A stretch of DNA of 63,654 nucleotides, counting the filler, from Collodictyon triciliatum (lineage: Eukaryota), in NCBI GenBank assembly GCA_043381765.1. It is 6 parts of 6 records of this genome, joined end to end, with 100 filler letters (N's around TTAATTAATTAA, not from the genome) between each part and the next. Parts side by side here need not be neighbours in the genome. Positions count along the whole stretch, not along the records: positions 35,293 to 49,767 come from JBHJMP010002345.1; positions 49,868 to 61,526 come from JBHJMP010002346.1; positions 61,627 to 63,654 come from JBHJMP010002443.1; 3 more parts are not named here. The stretch is one strand, 5' to 3'. A program made the translations under genes and the position numbers. This document shows positions 49,537-63,654 of this stretch, piece by piece (positions within the stretch are counted from its first letter, which is position 1; each line of letters opens with the position of its first letter). The notes under the pieces are model-generated. The model saw only the letters and a program-made list of their open reading frames with translations. It made no database searches and was not told where the DNA came from.

Positions 49537-49767
49537 GTGTAGTTGTGTAGTTGTGTAGTTGTGTAGTTGTGTAGTTGTGTAGTTGTGTAGTTGTGTAGTT
49601 GTGTAATTGTGTAGTTGTGTAGTTGTGTAGTTGTGTAGTTGTGTAGTTGTGTAGTTGTGTAGTTGTGTAGTTGTGTAGTTGTGTAGTTGTGTAGTTGTGT
49701 AGTTGTGTAGTTGTGTAGTTGTGTAGTTGTGTAGTTGTGTAGTTGTGTAGTTGTGTAGTTGTGTAGT
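49537..49767. repeat. (GTAGTTGT)n 8-bp tandem repeat at the contig end, within a DDX11 intron
   Basis: Directly visible. Confidence 0.93.
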
Positions 49768-49867
49768 NNNNNNNNNNNNNNNNNNNNNNNNNNNNNNNNN
49801 NNNNNNNNNNNTTAATTAATTAANNNNNNNNNNNNNNNNNNNNNNNNNNNNNNNNNNNNNNNNNNNN
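49768..49867. other. Artificial contig spacer
   Basis: N-TTAATTAATTAA-N. Confidence 0.97.
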
Positions 49868-50519
49868 TCTTGACTATCGTTAAGGTCAATGTGGCTTATT
49901 GATATTTCTTTTCCTTTATATTTAGTTAAGAAAAAAGTTTTTTATTTTTCTGCAGCCAGTCGTAGTTATTGCGCCTTGGTTGGAAGCACTAAGCGTTTTG
50001 GATGCGGGTGCAAGTCAGTTTGGTATAGAAACTAAATTCACCGCTCACCTAAATACATCTATTGTGGGTCGAACTACTTACAATCCTAAATATCTGCATC
50101 TACCAAAGCCCTCATCCGGATACAATCCAATGCCAAAGTCCCGGCAAAGACGAAGCGATGCGACTCATTGACATCAGATAATGAATGCGTAACCTGCAAA
50201 CGCGGCATGTGAAAGTCTCTAATACTATTCTAAAAGAAAAGAACATTCAATTTGTATGAGATGTTATAATATAATTTCTTATATTTTTTTATTTGATTGA
50301 ATGCCTTTTGCCCGTGATAAATATATGTATTTGAACTGTTCTGACCCGCTACAACCCATCTCCTGAGTAACCTCATTTCATCACTTGTTGCAAAGCTCTG
50401 TTTAAATGCATCGTTAAAAGAATCCATCGCATTCGTTTATTAATTTGTTACTACATGTTGAAGCCGAAGCCATTATGACCGACTAATAAATTCATCTTAC
50501 TGGGCCATTCATTGACATT

Positions 50520-50991
50520 TTTTGCATTCTTATTTTGTTTATTTTTCTTTGAGTGAAAATGGAGTTCCTGTTTATAAGGTGCCAGCCATCGTTTGCATGG
50601 ACGCTACTTGTTGGCTGGGTGGCGGAGAAGTAGTCGGTAATCAAGAATGCATCCTGCGGTTTGGCCTGTAGCCTGGGTCTTGTGCTTGCATGAGAGAGAC
50701 AAGGCGAGGTTTAATATCTTTCTCAGCCTCTTTCCACATATCTCTTCTCACATGTTCTGAGTTATAGAGAACGTGCAGGTAGCGAAGGAAGCTGTTGAGG
50801 AAAGAGATTTGTATGATGTCATCTAGCATGTTATCAGGAATGGGTGGCTGGTTGTTGAGTCTTGCTTTGCGTGAGTATATGCGCGCTATCCACATAGTCC
50901 GTAGCAAATGGCCTCGCGTCACTACCCAGAGTGTTTTTGCCTCTGGACACAGCTGTTGAAGAGGTCCATCACAAAATCGGTCTTGTTTCAC
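50520..50991 (-). pseudogene. Possible 3'-end fragment of a LINE ORF2
   Basis: CPEAKTLW and RTMWIARI resemble the C-terminal Cys-rich CPxAxxxW / WxxWxxRN region of L1-like ORF2. A GC-richer island is followed by an A-rich tail on the minus strand. Confidence 0.3.
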
Positions 50992-53156
50992 TTTTGAATA
51001 AAATTATAAGTCTAAAAGTTTTATCACATGGAATACATAAATTCCACTCAGTGTAAATCAGTTTCGATAATTGGAACCAATCGATTTTTTTTAAATACTA
51101 AATCATGCCGGGGTTCATCGAAATATTTTTATCAAGAGCTTGCCTCTGTTATTATTTATAATCGATGTAATGGAAGACTATTTTTTATACATCGTTTGAG
51201 TATTTTTCTTTTTTGAAAATCCACATTCTTTTTTCCGGTAAGTTGAAATGCTTTTAATTAGATGAAAGCAAAATATGCAGGTTGCCGTTTTCAAAACAAA
51301 ATGTCTGCATAAATGCTCAAACTTAGTCGAATAAAGATTAATAGGCGATTCGCAATATGCTTGCGAAGAGAAGACATTCCACAATGATTGATTACATCGA
51401 AGTTACTCAGGTTATCAAAGCATGTCATGATAATTTTGAGAGATTGAAAATACCATGGCTCAAGCCATCCCAGGTTGGTTTTTTCTCACTATTAGTAGAA
51501 AAGTTCGTGAGATTAATTAATCACACAATTTTGCCAAAATTATTAGCCTCATGTTTACCAATGTTAAATACACAAAGATTTATTCCAATATTCGATTAAT
51601 CTTGACAGAGTTATTCAACGAACTCATTGTCTAAACTCTTCTTCGATTATTTTATTTACAAGAAACAATTTAAATTCAAAATTATATGACAAAAGATAAA
51701 ATATTAACTTATACTTGAAGGGGTAAGAACAGAATAATATGCATCATGCATTAATAGTAAGGTGACACATAAATGATGTCTTTTTTCTCTTCAGTAGTCG
51801 CTTTTTGAATATACAAGAGTATGTTGTACAACTACAAAGTGTAAGCTTCTATGGGTGTGTTTTTCTTGGTAAAATAGTGTTCCAAGAGAAAAATAATCAG
51901 GAAATTGGTGCTCTGCATTTTATTTTTCTGTTTGCAAACCTTGCATTTATATCGTGCCCACTCTTTCCCAGGCGCTTATTTCCACTGGCTTCATCAACAT
52001 CAGAAAGGATCGGCTTCGTCGTGGAACATATCAAATCTGCGGTCTCCGTTGACCGAAAGATGTCTGTTGATTTGTCCGCAGCATTGGCTGGGCTGTTGTC
52101 CGGTGAATTTGTTCTATAAACTCGCATCTATTTTTTTTTTTTTCATTCGCACATCTATGTCATGTAAATGCACCGTGTCCTTTTTCTCTTTCAGGATAAT
52201 GACTCTTTTCCTCATGGCCGGTTCCGTCTTCGCACTGTATATGCGGAATGGATTACTTTCGGTTTGATTACAACAGAGGCTCGATTGCGTAGACAAATAT
52301 CCATACTCCCACACAGCCGCGCACGAGAAGCGAGGAAGGCGAANNNNNNNNNNNNNNNNNNNNNNNNNNNNNNNNNNNNNNNNNNNNNNNNNNNNNNNNN
52401 NNNNNNNNNNNNNNNNNNNNNNNNNNNNNNNNNNNNNNNNNNNNNNNNNNNNNNNNNNNNNNNNNNNNNNNNNNNNNNNNNNNNNNNNNNNNNNNNNNNN
52501 NNNNNNNNNNNNNNNNNNNNNNNNNNNNNNNNNNNNNNNNNNNNNNNNNNNNNNNNNNNNNNNNNNNNNNNNNNNNNNNNNNNNNNNNNNNNNNNNNNNN
52601 NNNNNNNNNNNNNNNNNNNNNNNNNNNNNNNNNNNNNNNNNNNNNNNNNNNNNNNNNNNNNNNNNNNNNNNNNNNNNNNNNNNNNNNNNNNNNNNNNNNN
52701 NNNNNNNNNNNNNNNNNNNNNNNNNNNNNNNNNNNNNNNNNNNNNNNNNNNNNNNNNNNNNNNNNNNNNNNNNNNNNNNNNNNNNNNNNNNNNNNNNNNN
52801 NNNNNNNNNNNNNNNNNNNNNNNNNNNNNNNNNNNNNNNNNNNNNNNNNNNNNNNNNNNNNNNNNNNNNNNNNNNNNNNNNNNNNNNNNNNNNNNNNNNN
52901 NNNNNNNNNNNNNNNNNNNNNNNNNNNNNNNNNNNNNNNNNNNNNNNNNNNNNNNNNNNNNNNNNNNNNNNNNNNNNNNNNNNNNNNNNNNNNNNNNNNN
53001 NNNNNNNNNNNNNNNNNNNNNNNNNNNNNNNNNNNNNNAGAAACAAAAAGGAAACAAAAAAAGCAAAAATAATTAATAACCCCTAAAAACGACGCAATTA
53101 GAAGTTTTATTATAAGTATAATGACAATTTAGTTCAAACAAAAAGTAGCATAAGTC

Positions 53157-56339
<3,183 letters not shown>

Positions 56340-56722
56340 CAGCCGATTAAACGAGCATCGCCTACAAAGCATAAAACCAGCCACTTTCCCTCTCAAATAA
56401 TTGTTAAAGTAAAAATAAAACAAGGGCAAAGCTATCATTTTCTTGCATTATATCATTTATCAGACCTTTAAGGGAGAATAAATAGTGTTGATGGTGGGAA
56501 GAAAAAAAAGCGTTGCGCTTATTCGTGGGATGAAGTACAAAGGAAGGGCTTTGATGGAGTAGTATAGAACAAAAAAAAAGTAATTTATACTCCACAAATA
56601 ATTGTTTTTTTTTTAAAATGATATTTCGGGCAACGTGGATATTGTCGATGCAGAGGTTAAGTCTGGGGACATTACATAAGGCTTCTTTCGTAGTTTTACA
56701 CTTTCGGCTCTGTTCATAAGTT

Positions 56723-59161
56723 TTAGCCAAGACCCGCGCTCAGGCGAAGAAGACCTGATTGACGCAGAAGACCTGATTGGCGTCGTGTTCGGTCACGCTG
56801 GTTTGTACTCTTGATTTCGTCGATACTACAAGGGAGTTAAAGAAGCGATGTTCAGCATGGATGACAAGAAAGTGCGCAAGAAACTATGTTTGTATGAACT
56901 AGATATGAAATGATATGTATTGAAATCAAACTCTCTTTCCAACAAATCAATGGAGCGTTGCGCCAGGTCGACTACAATCGGGGTGTTTTCCTTTGACATT
57001 GAATGTCTATAGAGTAACCCACCAATACCTGCATCATTGATGGCGCGATTATGGCGACCTCGGGGTTGGGAAGAGAAAAGAAATGATTTGTTGGACAAAA
57101 TATGTTGAATGGCAGAGTGAGTTCTGGATGAAATATGTTTATGCAACAATTGCACTTGAGTCTGTATCTTTTGCTTCTTTCTTATCATACATATCTCCTC
57201 CAAAAAGTGTGATAATAGGGAAAAAAATGTTGATTACCAGCAGAAGTGAGCAAATACAATGCGCGTGTTAAATTATCTATCACTGGAGGGTCGGGTATGT
57301 CAAACAGCTTCGTGATTGTGGTCATTAACCCATTCGAGCTCCTTTCAAAGTTTGGAACTACAAGAATTGATATGAAACCTTTTGGGAGTAGAAACCTTGC
57401 ATTTGCACCTCAAAATGAAATCGACATGAATGTGGGACTTCATCACGAGATACAAAAGTTTATAATGGATGTCTCACCGTGTTCACAGAACTTTCGCACG
57501 ATGAAAGACAATTTACATCTAATATCGTAATGGTCTATTTCAGATAGATTCACAAGAGCTTCCATGACACCTTTTGAATAAGGAGTATTGATTTAATTTA
57601 TCGCAAGGATTGGTCAGAATAAAAAAAAATACATCTTACAAACATATGTATGAAGCTGATTACAATCTAAACAACGTTTTTTTCTTTCCTACTCCTTTTT
57701 TTTATGTCAAACCTAGATGCACCATCTTTTGAAACTCCATGTTCTTCTCATCTGCGGGTATAAATTCTATGCACAAGAACCAAATATCGTTTTAGAATTA
57801 TATTTTACTCACTTGAGATGCAAAGTGTGGTTGAATAGTAAAATTGAAAATCAGAGGTATCAGCATTTTATTGAAACCTAGTGTTAAGATACCGCACAAA
57901 GCAAACGCAACATCCAGTTGAGTCTCCTGCTCAAAGACCCGACAGAGAGAGAATAAGACCGTTACAGCGCCCATAGCACATAGTGCATTTGCATGACCAG
58001 CTTTCAAAAGTGTTGGAGAATTAGTTTAGAAAATCTGTTTTCTTTAACTTCTTTACTTATCAATTCCAATAAAGATACTATTTGGTATGCAAGTATTGAG
58101 ATTCAGGTTCATTTTACCATGGATATCGCTAATTTATATTTTTCATTTAAAGAATCATATAACCAATAGACAAATGAATATAAAAATACCTTCTACGAGA
58201 TTTCGAAGGGTTTTAGCGACATAACATTTTATTTTCTTGTTATTTGAGTATCCCATATGAATTATCGATGTAATGGCCTTCTCATCCCGCACCATAACTT
58301 GACAAAACACTCCTAATATGAATGAGTGTGTTTCATTTCACATGATAGATTCAAGTTCATAATATTTTCTCAATAAATCAATTTCGTGAATGGCTGCGTA
58401 GATAATTTTGCTTTGTTATTTGTTGCGGTGCACAATGGGTATAATGCTTGATAGAAAGTACCATGCAACGCCATCGAAGAAAACACTCGAATCCCTTCTT
58501 TCTGAATCTCTATGTTTTTGTGCCGGATGGAATCCGAAAGCACCGAAAAAAGATGCAGGTCCATCAGGCATTTAACAGCAGTAACTAAGTGTAAATAAAA
58601 ATGATTCATCTATTGAGTTCGGATCTTTAGTAATCTGTGTGTAATAGCAAATATGATTTGATAAAGTGATCTAGTGGCACCAATAAACTGAATTTACAGT
58701 ATTTTGCGAATGGCATTTTTAAAATAAAAACGGAATATGAAGATGGATTGAATGAAACACCAAACCATCATCAGCAAGCTCATAAAGCACCTGAAGACAT
58801 GTAATGAGAAAAAAGTCATCTTTTTCGTTCTTTTTATGAACGTGAATCATGTCCATGATATACATGTGCATTTCTGACTCCATGGCCACTGGTATAAAGT
58901 TGCCTTGGCCTTTACATGATTTTCATTTATCAAAGTATACGCGTATTCATATGAAAATACTATACTATTAAATTTGCAGTGATTGTGATTAAAAATATAT
59001 TTCACTATCGCAAAAGGTGGCATACCGAGTATTTTTGAGAAGGACTTCAAGCAGCTGTTTTTTGTCTCTAGATCTTTAGATTTGAGCACAATCACAAACT
59101 CTTTCATAATTCCGAGCCGCACCATCAAGATACACGTATTTTCTTGCGTGAGTGGGTTCGA

Positions 59162-59201
<40 letters not shown>

Positions 59202-61270
59202 TTGAACCAAATTGGAATGTATTCAATTTTTTTTTTTTTGGAAAGCTAGCTCTTGTGATTGAAGAGCATACATTCTGAATGTGAGATCGTACTTGTTTCA
59301 TATCTCGTTGATAGAAAAAATGTTCTTTTTTCTTCAAAATTTGAAAACACTCACGATAATCAGACAACGAGAGAATTAGTCCGGCACACAACCGCCGACA
59401 CTCTATATTTTTTCCTCTTAGAATGCGTAAAATGAGCAAAAAATTGTCATCGTCTGTCATATCCAAGGCGTATTGTTCTGGTATGAAAGGGGCATACAGG
59501 CTGTAAGAATATGCCGAACTGGAAAGATTTCATTTAATTGATTTCATTAATAAAGGACACACAATATCAAAATCTAAACATTTGCAATGCCATCTCGCCA
59601 GCACAAACCCATTTTTGCCAATTCATTCAAAGCTCTCAGTCCAAGAATTCGAATCGTAGGGTCTGTATCGTCCAAGATATTAATCAGAACCTTCACTCCT
59701 GAAAGCTCAGCAATCTGAAAAAGAGCTAGTTCTAAAAGGAACATATGATTTAATCGATTGAACCTTAATTTAATTTTTGACAAGTTAATATTTATAAGTG
59801 ATGTTTTCTTTTGCTTTTTAATTAACTTGTTTTCTAATAAATTAAAAAAAGTCTTAAAAATAACTGCTGAGGATTAGTTATCTGTCAACTAACCATTTTG
59901 CGCAACATGAGCGATTGCATGATGTGCATCAATCCTTATTTGATAGTCACTAGATTCTGTATAGCTCAAAAGTGGTGCTATAAGATTTCTCTCCACCATC
60001 CCCTGATGATTTTCCTCTAAAACGATCAAATGAATCTCAGTAATAGAGTCCTTGAAATTACAAAAACTTTCATATAATTTCTTTTAACAAGAAAAGGCTC
60101 TGAGACTTTGAAATGGTAAAAAATAAAATAAAATACATAGACATATAAACAAATAATGATAATGATAATGATAATGATAATGATAATGATAATGATAATG
60201 ATAATGATAATGATAATGATAATGATAATGATAATGATAATGATAATGATAATGATAATGATAATCCACCGCTCATGGAAAGTGTGCACAGCATGGATAC
60301 CGCCTGCTTCCGAACATTCAGCTGCTGTGATTTCATCATGGACATCAAAGGGGAAAAATCGAAGGCCTTCAGTTACCAGTTGATTAGTCAATGACAAGCA
60401 CGAATCTATTTTCTGGACACCCAAATGAAAGGCACGCATCCCCACCCGTGATTCAACCGACTAGCTCATCGAAGGGCAAATAAAATGACACAAAACATAT
60501 CCCATGCAAATATAGGAGTAAAGACTAAATTAAAAGAATCAACCGCGAATGGAGATAGCGCAGCTTACATGCCGCTGACTATGGAGATGCACAGCCCACT
60601 GGGCTAGCACGGCGTGCGAGCCAAGAGAGGAGCGGACCAAAGCAGGAGACGATGCACGGATGGATGCGACTGTGTGTTTCTGGTGATGCGGCACGAGATT
60701 ATCCCGGGACAAAGAAACCGACAGAGAATTTGACAACGCAGAGAACGAAGCAGACGGTGGCGCAGAGCGGACTGTGGAGATGGAGTCTCTGGACACAGGG
60801 CGAGTCACACGACCGGCGGCCGAGACGATTTCATCAATACTTTGCAGTCGGGAACCGAGCATAGGAAATGAGTTTCCCGAAAGCGAGTGACGAGAGCGAC
60901 TGTATCTGCGCGATGCATCGTTTTCTGAATCGGTGTTTTCTGAGACTCGTCCATGCGATTGTGATTGTGATTGTGATTGTGATTGTGATTGTGATTGTGA
61001 TTGTGATTGTGATTGTTTCTTTGACGTGTTCCTTGTCAAGCGCTCTGGAGGCAATGCTTTGAGATACGCAATAGCGTCTTGTGTTTCCCGCTGCTGTTTA
61101 CTCTCACGTTCCTGCGAGTACGCGTCAAAGGCGGCGGTGCGTGTGCGGCTTGTTGAAACCCGGCGCAGAAGCGGAGACACAGACAATCGCTGCAGAGATG
61201 CATCTAAGTTTGTGCTGGTCGGCTCTGCAACCGCGCTCTGCGATACTGGCTCGATAAGATGCATTTCCAT
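56723..61270 (-). CDS. Armadillo/HEAT-repeat protein with a Ser/Arg-rich disordered N-terminus; multi-exon, ends approximate
   Basis: Repeated helical exons: GVKVLINILDDTDPTIRILGLRALNELA; GIMKEFVIVLKSKDLETKNSCLK; MGAVTVLFSLC..QLDVAFALCGI. First exon contains SQ repeats. Confidence 0.7.
60153..60264. repeat. (ATAATG)n intronic microsatellite
   Basis: Directly visible. Confidence 0.94.
60957..61016. repeat. (GATTGT)n coding microsatellite, read as (SQ)n in the ARM gene
   Basis: In frame within the ORF at 60539-61270(-). Confidence 0.85.
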
Positions 61271-61447
61271 GTGTGTCCGTATCCCGATGTATAGCGCTGT
61301 ATGTTGAATTGTTGAGTATCTTTTATTTTTATTCTCTCTTTTATATATTCTCTCTTTTTTTTATTCTCTCTTTTTTTTATTCTCTCTTTTTTTTATTCTC
61401 TCTTTTTTTTATTCTCTCTTTTTTTTATTCTCTCTTTTTTTTTTTCT

Positions 61448-61526
<79 letters not shown>

Positions 61527-61626
61527 NNNNNNNNNNNNNNNNNNNNNNNNNNNNNNNNNNNNNNNNNNNNTTAATTAATTAANNNNNNNNNNNNNNNNNN
61601 NNNNNNNNNNNNNNNNNNNNNNNNNN
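61527..61626. other. Artificial contig spacer
   Basis: N-TTAATTAATTAA-N. Confidence 0.97.
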
Positions 61627-63479
61627 AAAAACCTCCCACAAAAACCTCCTGTCTCCATTAATACTCTTTTTTTTTTTCTTTCCCCCCCTTTTTTTTTTTT
61701 TTTTTTCGTCTCGAGGCGACATCCAAATGCACTCATTTCCGTAAATCAGAGGAGTTTCGCACCTGCAAAACATGTCACCAAAACATACTCAATACACAAC
61801 AGGGCCAGGAAGTCCGGGTCGTGCACACTGCAGGCTCGTCTGCAGACCAATTCGAGATTGAAGTTAACTCGCCCATCCTGTCGAAAAGCGCTCTTCCGCC
61901 TCCTCTCGATGCCGATGCCACCACGATTGTTTCTGACCAGATTATGGCGCGTGATGAGGGCCTTGCAAGGATTGGGACGCAACAGGCTCTGCTTTCTGCC
62001 AGTATGGAGCCTTTCTACATGTAGAGCCTTGCAGTGTAGCACAACTGGCCGTAGTCTCTCCAGACGCTTGGCTTCATCACCCCGTGCTTCATGTCGTCGG
62101 ACTGGCCTCTTTTGCTCGGGCCTGGGTTCTGGTCCTTCGTGTTTAGATAAAGTGGACTTGTGTTATGTTGTCCCATCGTTCTGAACAGTTCTGCGTTAAT
62201 ATACATCCTATCCATTTCTACGCTTCCTTTCCTTTTTTTTCTTCCATTTTTTCCTTATGGATGTTTCTTTTGTTGATGGTAATTTTATTCTTTGTTTTTA
62301 AATTAATGTTTATTTCCTTTAAGAAAAGGCCTGGTTTTGGATTTGAGTTTCGCATAGACCTATCTATATTACCACTTTCTTTGGTAAATGAATATTCAAT
62401 CCAGTATTAGTATTATTTGTTACTATTATTGTTCATTTTCGTTTAGAGAAGTTTTTCTTCTTTTTTTATTCTTGCAACGGTGTCGTCATTCGGCTGGGTC
62501 TGTATGCCGCGCTTAGTCGCGCTTCTTTTCCGTCATGATTAGCTTGCGGTAATTCTTTGTCATGACCAACACTAGGAAGGCTGCGGTTGTGTAGAGACAT
62601 GGCAAGATTAGAGATGATAAATGGAAAGCAGCGTTGTTAAGCAAACTGGGAAGAGGACGATGCTGAGACTCAAAGATGCCTGTCGAAAATCATTTTGTTC
62701 TCTTTACATAGCATACAGACCAGTGAGCAGAAACGCCTGTGTTGCGAATCCAGCCAGCTCAAAAGGGGCGGTTTTGAAGACAAAGATCTCCAGGGCAAAG
62801 TGGGCGCACTCAGTAATGTACGACCAAAGGGCGTTTCGGTAAGCGCCCTGTAATTGTTTCACAAAAGAATGAAAAATAATAGCATTCACGATAAGAATGA
62901 AAAGACTGCATCTTATTTACTATTATTATTATTATCATCATTATTATTGCTATTATTGTTACTATTATTGTTACTATTATTGTTACTATTATTGTTACTA
63001 TTATTATAGTAGTCAAATCATTCATATAATAAGTTAGTTTCGTATTGAGACTGGAACACAGTAAGTTGAATAGGCTGTGTCTTGCTTATTATCAAGGTTT
63101 ATTTTGCAAGCAGACACAGCCATATAATACCTTCTCGTTGATGTTGAGTCCACCATGGAGACGAGCGCAGCCCAGGGCAAACACAAGAGCAGCGTACGAG
63201 CGGCATGTGAATGGTGTCACTTCCATTTAATTAACATTTCGTATTATAATATGGTAAGGTATTTCAATTATGGTAGTGTTGTTAATTATATTGAAAGGAA
63301 ATTCGTACTATTTTATATTTATTTTACGTCTATGCCGATGATGAATCGAATAAAAGTAAAAAAAATAATGTGTTTATGTTTATTTGTTCCTGAATAGACA
63401 GTGACACGAGTTGTGATACTTTAAGAGATGCCAAGAGAGAGGCGGTTTGTGTCTAACTTAGTTATGTAGCAGTGTTTTT

Positions 63480-63654
63480 CTTTTGTTTCGTTTTTGTTTT
63501 TTGTTTTTTTTTATTGTTTTTTGTTTTTTTTTTTGTTTTTGTTTTTGTTTTTGTTTTTTTTTTTTTGTTTTTGTTTTTGTTTTTTTTGTTTTGTTTTTGT
63601 TTTTGTTTTTGTTTTTGTTTTTGTTTTTGTTTTTGTTTTTGTTTTTGTTTTTGT
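63480..63654. repeat. T/G low-complexity (GTTTTT)n tract
   Basis: Directly visible. Confidence 0.9.

Noticed and set aside
49537-49767. Telomere at the contig end ((GTAGTTGT)n)
   Set aside because: Lies inside DDX11, whose 5' exons must continue beyond it; an intronic repeat that broke the assembly.
52114-53076. ORFs of about 300 aa (also 46630-47654)
   Set aside because: They run through N gaps and simple repeats.
61627-63450. Short ORFs in the last contig
   Set aside because: No family motif and no consistent exon chain could be established.

Overview
This is a microbial-eukaryote draft assembly (intron-rich, microsatellite-rich, standard code; an amoebozoan-like protist is plausible but unproven). 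Six unrelated contigs are joined by artificial 100-nt N44-TTAATTAATTAA-N44 spacers, so adjacency across spacers has no biological meaning. Contig 1 (1-11721) holds an intronless, tightly packed virus-like element (1 to ~9945). It encodes a PrimPol/PriCT-2/SF3 primase-helicase, a Maverick/Polinton-type rve integrase ending in AT-hooks, and four ORFs of unknown function. It also carries giant-virus-like expression signals and ends in a 42-bp perfect palindrome plus a 13-bp telomere-like array. A 5'-truncated, frameshifted LINE follows. No pPolB, capsid or packaging ATPase is recognisable, but the left end is missing. The other contigs carry host genes: a four-domain voltage-gated cation channel with an unusual D/Y/D/D pore, pentafunctional AROM with a steep intra-exon GC gradient, MCM3, a putative Ig-fold DNA-binding + IPT/TIG factor, RhoGAP, EIPR1/TSSC1, DDX11/Chl1 (3' part), imidazolonepropionase and an ARM-repeat protein. 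All calls come from reading motifs by eye; no searches were run, and multi-exon boundaries are approximate.
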